Position numbers and translations under genes: made by a program. A stretch of 64,000 nucleotides of DNA from Monocercomonoides exilis PA203. Its lineage: Eukaryota > Protista > Preaxostyla. This document shows positions 37,601 to 47,600 of the stretch, in pieces. Below the pieces are notes generated by a model that had not been told where the DNA came from, made no database searches, and saw nothing but the letters and a program-made list of their open reading frames with translations. The first letter of the stretch is position 1; each line of letters opens with the position of its first letter. The stretch spans positions 575,646 through 639,645 of the forward strand of contig LSRY02000051.1 of assembly GCA_001643675.2 (NCBI GenBank). The letters run 5' to 3'.

Positions 37601-37711
37601 AGTCTGATCTAGCTCACAATCATTATTTTTCCAGTTTATTTTATCTTTCCATTTCACGGCAGAAAAGTTTTCTTGCATGCAAGCCAATAGAAGAATAGAT
37701 AATATTTTCAT
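28667..37711 (-). CDS. Giant single-pass membrane protein: signal peptide, repeated beta-helix (Pmp/pectin-lyase-like) modules, TM helix, degenerate TKL-type kinase domain
   Basis: 3014-aa intronless ORF; GG(A/G)(I/L) and FxxN motifs; five CG....(P)C.(T/S) modules; TM WWILVVIVMAIVLFVVLMIAVISTV; RWKAPE, SVVFSIGMMLWECLT..PF, CL......RPS. Confidence 0.85.
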   Translation of the reverse strand: MKILSILLLACMQENFSAVKWKDKINWKNNDCELDQTLSLSARERAERGIIIGSFNVQNTTFECSCVILKTSNNKSFFRINEQSILFLMSCAAISSSEYSFFVIDGGVTDAKNLSISSIRSFAPIPGLFCSSSDAMSFHKEAFISLSDSLLSSFEMSKTPLLAADICCSVSATCLLMHNITSTFPVRSVSPTISVATWTTLDGCIFHRVSDVIDGGITRSVNRPSSSLAALNITFESCIRQENIAVSNNKHMTQQRLDSNDSNTFTDCEWHDIYVGGVGSSIYLTGGSTLECTRCSFRNMSQQNDGAVDVQFGLGVNMTECNFTKCESLSTAGGMILYGLNGNYHLSKCVFHRCVATQNYGGGLRLHQSHGTEKGVIHECKFESNEAGSFGGGIFCEHHSFSYELSDCLFSNNIANGTGEANDRGGGGISLSSTGWMNNDPPPVIFSFCLFIENKARCNEGHDIKISNSLINVNPFESSYSTTPENRVHYNDSGTAFDCWLPTIRTTYCRANVISGTICGLSLNEPCGTIEKAFNTLERGAKVTVHILNSIYSPLAMIIDGGEASFEGESADNCIINTSSLDPSSFLFTLTSGSMKISLVTIRHNSADFSASLFAMGSASQMLSLKSVTISGLDETAERIWSNPLFRVIFSKFQMDNCLVEHIALSSCSLFEEYVESGAEESMLMNVTFCNISKGEGNGGIFSASRGRSDPIWIKNVTFKNCSCSEGNGGCIDWSLMQGGSFKIGQSNTATEIHDCGAENGNGNPSGVSDTGRGGGLFLALSSSSDAFEIVNVVFNGNHAEHGRNVFIASNHLELIPVERFAFVLQMNEDASDAEGIGDASNTSLIVPILCYTQDVPQSGIQVSASGDDHPRCGFSFFKCRTLSFTVNRANGSPISIIVKSTVDVGETVVFSKTQTDVDAAEDGGLLVIHGEASCAEESCKGLFDVSNKTTMRNLVLSLPSVLQYHETLFHLKKDTLEFNQCGFQFSTGVNAIQYSLFAVERGTVKVSSLELDSMKFMKSGFTASGDASQFVIENVDLRNISLSRENGFIEIANGGSFIVNEMNANECSTEGCSLIYAGSSCVLRLSMCNWSTCQFTDSGLIKASEANEIHVINCNGSGINLETGDGGLIGGVIAYGGVVVENTTIEDCVAERGNGGGLKLNMRGSAELRISLTSDATSIKRCIAGRTEQGDGSGHGGGLWLGFEGESSRFDLAGMNVEGNEARCGRDVYLVCQDLRKTVTASTFSFYAKITERNNSLMGKDRSKFENDVDLLIFLEGYSSLVIEVDGLTGDNGIWCGMEVCPCASVDYGVRRLAGDEKRITLSGRSAIEQETDLTGMSVETKANSQIIVIIKSIIGGESDSVIISEGNTLIMNTVLQFPKRFDETKHTLISSTSQNGVLEVQKCIFEMQEESSEEIQYSIMRCSGATLIMNWTTIHNIRTAKPVLELSLLGAENEESHDPIVSFSNCTFADLSNANTDCAVLFSEDAKNAIEMEQCNMTNVKSIASNTGGAININLSGSCLFEVSSCEIKGCAAETSNSGKGGCLFLNNKQAASDLSFMFTNVNFEGNDAFLGKNIFILSNDLNESVTNQTFAFSVDGLNDNSNLFVGTDEKRNNTDLLRFLIEYSNSVVVVWEEGDDVARCGSDEDPCKSMWMGLKHIVGDASSKTVEIKEKASVEGSCDLSGLVVEPQGSGGDEVVRSALEIGSKEERIVSVWISNSITLSLRALDVCTYRLQPNGKTGIFESDGEMLEFDDCSLSTNGIEDEMDNAALCFAKKGILRLWKCMITSFEAKQSVFVILSGVQSLFDECSVSQTKAECGSLVKVQDESRDHKNNERNDVGEVVAKNCTFSSVNVKDTDASLICSTCTCGVKVNIESSALEECCAGGSTKGGAILFALNEEGSFKLKNASVRLCGCSASEGKGGGVYLSTRLNGELKFVFDNVTFRRNTAKVGNDVFIECHHIESQINETQFNLDFRDEEFIKQNSIFGMDEVDYKEKALDLMSLIVKYQSDTIVVSSKEGNGGSNEQQCGKPKLPCATIGFGLRHLTHDFFSQLFVDEESIVDEEVVLETLTLRGLQENGSIVTVKGEIKGSEDFVVRTSGNVQLQSLLFVFEIVLQTERTSFLKVDSGKATLNACSFEAGNLLGGSKRSLPFCLLSIDGGECFLNKVNISSLSFECDAAVCIKKSTEVNNLVVKNVEVEKDFVQISGNASVKMENLDVNGVEVRSGCFIAVNGGESKSLNEETSSASFSLSLSFIENITCVGEDASVIGIERFDSIAKLSNCSFARCQTRKTTGSIASLSFCKDIEIKGCLFDGEKQIETDGPHMSNVDPFICEWNGSLVDVVQSKSVISDTTFTNSDDGGLSARGGTMRIEKGEFVNNNPAIELYPSARRNILCSDSTKLDMASVKAGDGVLPDSSLWILNDGCELSGIASERPSALFIPVLHEVKSSPISSGATNLTLFGELLLPCNLTLKLCFTSGDEEFIELHEINKDGFSSENEIQTVATSSQLENVREETEVSLCVLFGNADSPSSTQSFILKNRSEPEQKGDERIVEGGNEKKSWWILVVIVMAIVLFVVLMIAVISTVRWRKVKNEAEDLREIVNDNIRKDPKLIEMVTMEMSPEEQWRRAEREAEKKNDERMKKRVYETNMQHSESSEHLLSESGSTEYILGKDSDKIPEWALEKEDEEEVRKRSPSPSISSTSTTSTTDSDSTFVRSESMCPTTSSMSNLVDAMACSSPHEKLIVDLRDSLFMLLHGSNKTKEMPIGSLKEREQTAAQILFWVANLALHSFDEMENKLQSLANLSPHIVLFSEHMVICIVMHSDFLSSDDSDSSSISSSTVVTSASGNDDDEDSLPSSAFEDEDSFKKECLRWKAPELLINKKMGATKESVVFSIGMMLWECLTLQIPFGDYEAEVAGQKILNEERPNMKHVEGSEFCYVARGCLSSEESERPSLVDLKKVFVQHLPKDAFIFTIADALFTENPNNARSGAESETESETEGWTTEPTTIRDR

Positions 37712-38690
37712 TGAAGCCTGATGGAAAAATTGTGCGCTATCCCCCTTTCAAAAACGGAAAAGAGCAAAAACAAATTTCACAGATTTGATCTTAATCATAT
37801 TATAATCAAAGTTGATTTTTCGATATGAAAAATTTGAGTTGATTTTTCTGTAACATATTTTTTTTATTTAATAAGAATATATTATTATTTGTTTATTGAT
37901 GATACTGAATTTTTATGAAACACTTTTTTCTAAATATTATTAAAGATTTGATAAAACTAATTTAATATTTTTTCCTTCCCACCCACTTCCCCAATTGGAA
38001 GAGAAGTTTTATTTTATTTTGTTGTAGTTAAATTATTGTTTCAATATAACAGAATTTTTGAAATGAAAAAGATTTAATGATTTATTCCAAACTTTTTCTA
38101 CAATCGAATAATTGTAATTCTGAAATTCTTGGGCAATATAAATTTAGAAATATAAAAAAGTTGAGAAAAATCTTTGAAGCAATGATAGGAACAAAACACA
38201 TGAAGCAAATAATTTCGTACCAATTGTCTTTTCGTTTGATTGTTAAAAATTTTCTGTTGATTTTTTTGCTTGATAAATGATATCTGTTTTTTTTTTCCAA
38301 TTGTTTTAAAATGGAGAAAATGAAGTGTTCGTTATGCATGTTTTTCATAAATATCAATTCCATTTCTTCACAATGATATTCACAATTAAGATATTACTCT
38401 CATAAATGAAGATTATATGAAAGATAATCTTTGAAATCTTGTTGGTTATTCTGTTGTGAGGAAGTTCTATTTCAAATTAGCTGTTTATAAAGGCCATAGA
38501 AGTTTATGGTAAATGCGTTTCCAATGTTCAAAATTGCAAATAATTAGAAAAATTATATGATTTGAAAAAACAAGCCAAACATTTAGACAAAACAAACAAT
38601 TTATTCTGTACAATCAAACTAGAACAACAAAATGTCGAACAACATAAAATACAACAATGAAATAAAAAACATAAGAGAAACAATCTAATT

Positions 38691-41600
38691 TTACATCCAT
38701 TTTTTGCTCTTTTGGAATCTTTCTTTCTCTCTCTCTTCTTCCATCCATTCTTCTTCCACCGGTCCGTTATGCTGATAACCCCACAGATAAAATCGTGTAT
38801 ACACAGAAAGATCGTAATATGAAATAGCTCGTTCTCCAGTTGCTCGAAGGAAAAGACTCATCTGCTGCAGAACTTCCTGGTCTGACCGCAGCATGTTGAA
38901 TCCCAGACACTCCGCCACACTCAGCTCCACATCGATCATCTGAGAGACAGACACTTTGAATGCATGTGCAATTGGCTGTGTTGCAGCAATCACTGCACTT
39001 TTCGTGCCTTCATTGAACTTGGCTGCCAGAAACACACAGGCAGCAGCAGCCTGCTTCACATTCTTGTTGTTCACATACGACGGAAGAATCGGCCACACAA
39101 GTGAGAAAGGAGGGTTGAGAGTGGCAAGTGTAGATGGAGAACTAGTTTTCCCATCTGAAGGATTCAAAAAGACATGCATTGAAGAAGAACCTTCAACTGG
39201 AGAAGTGACTGAGTGTGAAGAAGGGAATCGGAGAGGAGAAAAGCTGGTGATGCTCTCCAGCTGTCTGGTTGGTATGCCAAAACGAGGCTCAATCAATGAC
39301 TCAAAGTAGACAAGTGCTAGAGACAGTGTGGAAATGTCAAGAACAGACGTAAGCTTCAATATTTTTTCTTTCATCTTTGCTATTTTATGCGCAGTCAAGG
39401 ATTGAGGAAGATGAGGAAAGCGAGAATGCATTAGTTTGTTGTGCTTTTCTTTTCCAGCGTGCGGAAGGATCGAAAGCGAGCTGGATTCAAATTGGAACTG
39501 CTGAGGAAGAACAGAAGCACAATCACAATGCATCGAAGGCTCTACACCACAGAACGAAGGAGGAAGCGGAGCAAAACCACCAGAAAAGGCAGAGTCATAT
39601 GCGAATGGAGAATCAATTGGTGTGAATCCTCTGTATGATAACAGCTCGCTGCCAGAAGAATATCTTTCATCTGCATAAAATGAGGAGGAAAATTGCGACG
39701 GCGATTCAAATGGATAAAACATTTGTGACCTTTCCTTATTCTGTTGCTGCCTCAGTGACATCTTCATTGAAGACTCCATCTCAGTTGCAGCAACAACAGC
39801 ACTGTTTCTTGTGAACACAGGTGCAATCAGCAGAAGAGCATAGCTCACACCTCCTCTGCTCAGCATCTTCCTCATCCATTGCTTGCTGGAGGCTGATGCA
39901 ATGCGCATGTGTGATGGGTTGTATGGATTCACCATTGTCTTTTGGTGCTCTGGAGACATCATAAACTCAAACCACGACTTGTTCCAGCTGACAAGAGGAA
40001 GCGTGGGAGAAGGATTTGAATAAGCAGGTGAAAAAAGAGGGTGCAAAGGATCGCTGATGGTCGGCAGCAAAGAAGGATGAAAAGTCGAAACAGTCAGAGG
40101 ATATGTGCCTTTGGAGAATGAGACATTCAAAGAAGCTGGCTGATTCATTTGATGAGCAAAAGGAGAATAGAATCTGCCAGGGCCACTCATCATTGGGTAA
40201 CCTGTTTGATTATATCTCTTATCTTGTCTCACCCAGTTCATTTCTCTTCCTCCAAAATAGCCATTGGCTGTCAAATTAAAGTTCATTGCTCTTCCATATG
40301 GATCATATCTCAACCCTCCTCTCCTCTTTCTTTGATATCTTCCTCTACCTTTTCCTTCTTTTGATCGATCTTGTTGAGTACCTCTTTCATTCTCTTGGTC
40401 TCTTTCTCTATCTTTAGATGTCTCTTTTGCTTTCTCTTTGTCTGTTTTATCATTTCGCTTCCACAACCTCTCCACCTGCGCCACATCATTTATTTCCTTT
40501 TCCAGCATTTCATTGATGATCCACATCTGCACCGATGCAGCCACCACATCGTTGTTCACTTTCATTGAGAATCGAAGAGCACTCTTTATTTGAGCAAACT
40601 CTCTGTTGCATCCATCTTCTTCATCCTCTTTCATCAGAGCCTCAAAAGACTCACTGCTCATTTCGTCTTCATTTGAATTCTCCACCTGACTCTCTTTTGT
40701 TCCAGGCGATGGATTGCTGATGATCCTTCGCTGAATATCGCTGTCAGAATTAAGCATCACTCCATTCTCAAACTCCGCAGCATTATAAGCCCTCTGCTTC
40801 TTCTTCTGTGCCCTCAGCTTCTTTCTCTCTCTCTTCAAAGCTCTTCTTCTTTCTCTCTCAACTACTTTCCTTCTCCTCTCCATTTTCCTCAATCGCCTCT
40901 TCTCCTTTGTCAGCAGCCCTCCATCCTGAAATTCTGTGTCTGACCATCTGTGTGCCTGGTCTGTGCCTTCGCTCGTTGTGATGTCTGAGGAAGGCAGCTC
41001 AATTGTGCTCATGCTGATTTGCCCATCTGACTCAGCTGCTGCTGTTATTGATGAGTCAGATGCAGAGTCAGACGAGGAAGACAAATGAAGCGTAGATGAA
41101 GTCGATCTCCCCGAGTTATCTTCGCTTTGATCGCGATTCTTCTGAAAACTGTTACTTCTTGACTTCAGTGCAGGAGCAATACTCTCAATTCCATCGTTGT
41201 ATTTATCCTTGACACACCAACCAGGAATGAACTGCTCTCCATTCCATCTACCTGAAAGAGACGCTGATTCAGCAATTTCTTTGCTTGCCTTCTTTTTCTC
41301 TTCCAAAAGCACCGACCGCAACGCCTGCTCCATCAGCTCTTCTTCATCTACTCCATCAAAATAGTCATCTTCTTCCTCCTCTGCATCTGTCTCAATCGTC
41401 CCATCAGCCTTCACAGAAGAGCTGCTGAAGTCATCCATTTGCTTCTGCGTGCTGTCTTCCTCTGTCTCTTCGACTTCTCTCTCATCCACATTCGAATCCC
41501 ATTCCTCATTCTTTTGATCAGCACTCTCTGTTTTGTGATGGGCTTTATCTCTTTCTGTTGTAATCTTTTCATTCGACGATCTTTCACGTTGCTCATTCTG

Positions 41601-44600
41601 AATAGCCTTCTCCAATGAAAAGACAATCACACTTCCTTTTTTGTCTGAGGAAGAAGTGTTTGTCTGTGTCGATTTACGTGGTTCTTCAAAGACTTCCTCT
41701 TTCGCACTCTCGTTTGCATCAACCACAATTCTGATTGATTTCTTTCCTTCTTTCTCATCATCATCGGAATCTTCTTCTTTTGCGTTCCGACTATCATCTG
41801 AGTCATCATCATCTTTCACACTTTTTGAATAGCTTCTTCTCTCTCTGCTGTCTGATGCATTTGAATGGCGTGTCTTGGCTGAAGTGTGCTTGTGCCTTCT
41901 TCGATGTGTTGAATGCTTGTTGGATCTCTTTTTCTTCTCTGAAGACTTCGAAGAAGAGGAAGATGAAGAGGATGCTGAAGAATCTGAGGAAGAAGAAGAA
42001 GAAGTCGACGATGATGAGGCCTCTCGTTCTTTCTTCTTCTTTCTTTTGTTTCTTCTTTTGTTACTTCCTTCCGTCGATGAGTATTTGTTTGAAGCAGATC
42101 TTGACTTGGACTTTTGCCTTGTCTTCGATTTTGAAGAAGAAGAAGAAGAAGATTCAGAATTTGTGGATGTTTGTGAGTCAGAGACAGACACAGTTGTCTC
42201 AATTTCACTTTCATCTTCTGTTTTCTTTTCTTTCTCTGTCTCGCTTTCCCTTTCTCTTTCGCTCTCTCTCTTTTCGCTTCTTCCTCTCGTTCTCTTCCTC
42301 TGATGTGCAGTTTCCCTGTGTTGCCGATGCTTCTTCTTCTCCTCTTTCTTCTCATTTGAATGCGACCTCTTTCTCCTCTTTATGTTCGGCGAATTCACTC
42401 CAACCTGAAATTGCGTGTGAACTTTTGTGGCAAAATGCTGAGAAATAGAATAAGCTGCAATCGCCTCTTCTTCTCTTCTCTCTTCCCTCTCTCTTTCTCT
42501 CTCTCTTTCCCTGTCTCTTTCTTCTTCGTCTTCATTTTCTGAAGCAAACTTGTCTTCTCCTTTCTCTGCTCCTTTCTCTTCCTCCTTTCCTCTTTCATCA
42601 TCATCCTTCTTTTCTGTCTCCAGCCTCACCACAACTGATGTTAGCAGCGCCGGAAACAGTGCTGCCTCTTCATTCTGCAGTGATGAATACACATCAGACG
42701 AGTGTGAGAAAGGAGTAGGTGTGACAGGCGGTGACAGAGATGAAGAGAACATCGAGGCAGGCGAGCTGGCAGGCGACAGCATCGGCTGCACATGAACACC
42801 TGAGGGAGGAGAGGCAGGGGCGAGGAAGATGTCTGAGTGAGAATCAGAACTCTGTGGCAGCTGTGGTTGATTGGCGATTGTGGGGGAGGAGCTGGTGGAA
42901 GAGCCGAGGGAAGGCGTGGGGGACATGACAGAGTGGATGGAGGAGGAAGCGAAACGAGAGCGGGAGGAAGTTGGAGAGTGTGATTCAGAGCTCGTTGAAG
43001 AGGAAGAAGAGCGGTGCCTGCGGAAGACGTGGGGCATCATGGGCGGTGTGGCTGAAGGGGAGACAGGGAACATCATTGAGCCGAATGAAGCACAGCTGGA
43101 GGAGTGGTGGGTGGTGGCACGGGAAGAGAAGGAGGAAGAGGAAGAGGAAGGAGAAGTTGAATGAGAGTGAGAGTGAGAGCGAGAACGGGAATGTGAATGG
43201 GAATGAGAACGTTTGGTGTTTGAGGGGGAGTTACTGCGAGAACGAGAATATTTGGAAGAGAAAGAAGAAGAATTAGAAGAGAAGGAAGGAGGAGAAGAAG
43301 AGGAAGAAGAGGATGAAGAAGTGGTAGAAGAATAAGAATTAGAGGCAGAATGGTAAGTAGTGCGAGATCTGTTGCTTCTGGAAGTAGATTGAGTATTGTG
43401 TCTGTGTCTGTGCACAGAAGAGTGACGATGGCGATGGCTGTGCTGAGAAGAGGAGCGAGCTCTGTCTGTTGAGTGGGAGACTGATAAATAAGAAGAGAAG
43501 GAACAAAGAGAAGAAGAAGAAGAAGAAGATGATGATGATGAGTGAGTGGAGGAAGAGGAAAGAGAGACAAGAGTGGAAGGAGAAGAAGGAGAAGATGCGT
43601 TATTGTTGTCATCGTTGTTGTTGTTGTTGTTGGAGGAGGAGGAGGAAAAAGAAGAAAGAGAGGCACTTTCATCAGACGAGGTGGATGAGAGTGTCAGTGT
43701 GGTTGTGTCAGAAGAGGAGTCATCGTCTTTCTTTGACGAAGAAACGGAGTTATGTTTTGATGAGGATGCTGAAGATGTTGAAACAGACACATTTCTCTTT
43801 GGAGATTCTGATTCCAAATGGCTTTTCTGTCTGTTTTTCGCTTTTCGATGCTTTCTTCTTCGTTTTCCTTTGAGCTCTTTCTTCTTCTGCTTCTGTTTTC
43901 TCTCTTGTTTCGTGCTGGCATGCGCAGTTGCTTCTTTGCTGTCTTCTTTTGAAGGTGAATTCGAACCAGAAAATGTTGCTTTGCCTTTTTCTTCTTCTTT
44001 TGCTCCTTCTTTTTCTCCTTCATCTTTATCATTCATTGCATTTCCCCCTTCGTCTTTCCCTTTCTTCGTTTTGTGGTGTTTCTTTCTTCTTCTCTGCCTT
44101 TCCATCTCTTTCTGTCTCTTTCTTATCTCTTTTCCTGTTCTCCTTTTCTTCTTCTTCTTCTTCTTCTTCCTTTTTGGTATATTTTCTTCTTCATTCGCTT
44201 TGTCTTCAGCTTCTTCTTTCACTTCGTCCTCTTTTTGATTAATTGACTTATTCTTCTTAGTTGACACGTCTTTGTCATTCTTTGCCTCTTTATTTGCTGA
44301 TAAAACATTATCATTGCCAATGCTCTTCTCATTCACAGACACCCCTTCCTTTGCTTCAACTCCACTAACATCTTTCTCCCCTTCTTCTTTCCCCTTCAAC
44401 ATCTCATTCTTCTCATTCTTCTCTTTCTCTTCTCCTTCTTCTCTCTTCATCTGCTTTTCCTTCTCTTTTCCCCCAGCGGTGCAGGTGGTGACAGAAATAG
44501 AGGAGATGGCTGTGTTGCCTCCACCCACCGCCAGGGGACATGCTATAGAGCCATCCCCATCCTCAGCATCGCCTGCAGACTCTGCAGATGATGAAGGATG

Positions 44601-47600
44601 GGGCGCTGAAGATGATGATGAGGAAGAGGATGATGAAGAAGAAGAAATGACATTGTTAGTTGAATCTAATGAAGAAGGTGATGATGAAGCATTAGAATTG
44701 ATAGAGATTTCTATATTCTTCTGTTGTATTCCATTTGTTCCGTTGTTTGCATTCGATTTTCTGTTTTGAGCAGATTTTTCTGAACGAGGCGAAGAATGTA
44801 CAGAACGAGGGTGATATTTGGATGGCAGAGAAGAAATCAAAGAATTAAAGTGATGCATCATCTGAGCAGTGGGTGTGTTATGTGAAGGTGTTTGATGAGA
44901 AGAAGAAGAAGAAGAAGGTGATGATGATGATGATGAATTTGAAGAAGAAGAAGAAGCAACAAATGGATTCACATTCGAAAGAGTAGCAGTGTGAGTGGAG
45001 TGAGTGTGGCGATGGCGATGAGCATCAGCCTGCGAATACGAGTGATGTGTGCGATGATGATGAGGAAACGATGAGGAGGCAGAAGAACCAGAAGAATACG
45101 CAGAAGAGGAAGGAGAAGGAGAAGGAGAAAGAAAAGAGGTTGTTTGCAGAGGCTGATGCAGTTGCTGACGTTGATTCTGATGCTGATGCTGATGCGAATG
45201 AGGAAGAGGGAAAAGAGATGAGTCAGAGGCGACAGCACGTGAGGGAGTGTTGACAAGTGGATGGAAGATGTTAGATGAGCTGCCTGTTTTTTCTATTTGT
45301 TGATTCTCATTCTGCTCACACACAGACATCGCCCTGCCAACAGACAGCACATCAGAAGAAGGGAGGAAAGGAGCATCTGAAGTGATGTTAGCAGAAGAGG
45401 CAGCGACTGAAGAGACAGAAACAGATTGTGTTCTGCGCACTCTGCGTGAGTGAGAGTGTGAATGTGAATGCGAATGAGGCTGGGTCTCTTTTGAATAGAG
45501 CGTGTTGCGGTGTTGGTGGCGGTGAGGGCGTCTGTTGTCTAACGTGACTGAAGCGGAAGGAGGTGGGTAGTCAGCAACAGAATGGCTGGAGGAGAAGGAA
45601 GAGGCAGGAGGTGACAGATGACAAAACTGGATGTTGGCAAAGTTCTCAATTGTCATTCCTTTTGAAGCAGTTGAAGAAGAAGGAGAAGAAGCATCAGATG
45701 GTTTATTTGTCTGTGATGAGTGATGATTGTGATGCTCGTGTTTCCCTCTGCTGGAAGCATGTCCAGCTGTGTGTGAAGAGATGGGTTCGAAGTGCAGATT
45801 AAGTGACTGGTTGTTCGCGACAGATGGCAAATTGAATGTGAAAGGCGGAGAATGAGAAGAGATTGATGTGGAGTGCTTGCGAATTGTCGGGGGAAGAGGA
45901 TGAGGAGGCGGAGAAGAAGAGCGGAGGAAGTTGTCAGCCTGCTGAGGAGGTGACATGCAGTTCATCAACAGAGGAGAAATGGCCTTTGAGTGAGTGAAGG
46001 AGTGAGAAGAGGACAAGTTTGAATGGCCAGCAGGGACGACAGGGAGTGTCTGTGTCCTCAGAGTGGAAGGGGCAGAGGAAGGGAGATAGTCAAATGGCAG
46101 TTTGTGAGGGGAGCTGCCTGCCATCTGCTCATATTGTGCAAGTGGTGACAGACGATGTGCTGAGGAAGACTTTAACTCGTTTGCAGGAGGAAGAAAGGGA
46201 TTTCTTTCGCTTGCTGTTGAAATCGATGGGTCGCGGAAGATGGAGGCTGTCTCAGTGAGTGAGCGGGTGAGTGAGAAAGGAACGGTGACTAGCTTGTCTT
46301 TATCTTTGTCTTTTGATTCAGAAGAAGAAGAAGACGATGATGATGAAGCAGATGAATTTGAAGAAGCTTGTGGTGTGGTGATTGTTGCTGTTGATGTCAA
46401 TGCAGCAGCAGCTGAAGGAGAAGATGATGGAGACAAAGAAGAGAAGTGAAGTGACCGTTCATCAGCGTTGTATTCAGCAAAGGCAGAAGGCGAAGGTGAA
46501 GGCGAAGGAGACAGCTGAGAAGGCAATGTTTGTGGCAAGACCTCAGAAAGGGGTGCTGGTGGAACAGGGAAATATCCTTTGTGTTCAGGTGGGGCAGTGT
46601 AAGATGGCTGAGGAATGTGTTCAGGCGAGTGATGAGAAGAAGGAGGTGAGTGTTTGTTTGGTGAGTGATCCAGATGAGAAGCAGATGAGGATGAAGTGTG
46701 GATCAAGTGGAGGAACGAGGGAGAAGACGAGCGAGGAGGCTGAGGGGCAGATGGGGATAAAGAGTCCTTGCAGAACTTGGGCGTGTCGAGGGGGTCAGCA
46801 GAAGGCAGCACCTGCGAATGAGAAGGGCTGACAGATGAATGTTGGTCAATATTTGTGTGTGGATGGAGCATCTGCACATTTGGTGAGGAGTCCTGATAGA
46901 AATGAGACACTTCCACATAATGCTTGGGGTCAGGGACGATGATGTCTGGCTGGGCAGTGATGACAGTCGGCTTCTCTTCGCTTTGAGACGAGGAAGAATA
47001 AGTCAGATGAGACGAGCGATACAATTTGGAGTGGCCTGAAGAAGAAGAAGAAGAAGAGGAGGAGGAGGAAGAAGAAGATGATGAATTGTTTGTTCCAATC
47101 ATTTTGTTAGTGTTCAACGAGACAGGAGCAGAAACAGACAGAGGAGGATGAGGTGTGTCTGGCGTAGACAGCACACTCGATGCTGTTGACACAGGCGGAG
47201 GCGAATAACCCAGTTCATACGACAGCAGAGGGGGTGGCGGGATGGGCGGGGTGGATTGAGAAGGCTGTGGACAAGATTGGCTGAGCTCTGAACTGCTTGT
47301 CTTTTTGAAGGGAGAAGTTGTGCTTCTCAAAGAAGAATCTGAAGCTTCTGTGCTTTGCGTATCTTTATTTGCACTGTTTTCTTGTTCTTTTTCTTTTTGC
47401 CGCTCTTTTTGCTTCTCCTTCTCCTCTTTTTCTTTCTCTCTCTCCAATGCTAATTCTCTTCCCCTCCGGCGCATCTCAAACACCCCAGTTCTGGCTGAAT
47501 AGTCTGCGCCATTATTTCCCACTCGGCCGTTCTTCTTCTTTTTCCCACTGTTTTCACCATCCATTTCGTTGTTCTCTGCATCCCTTTGCCTTTCAGCCTC

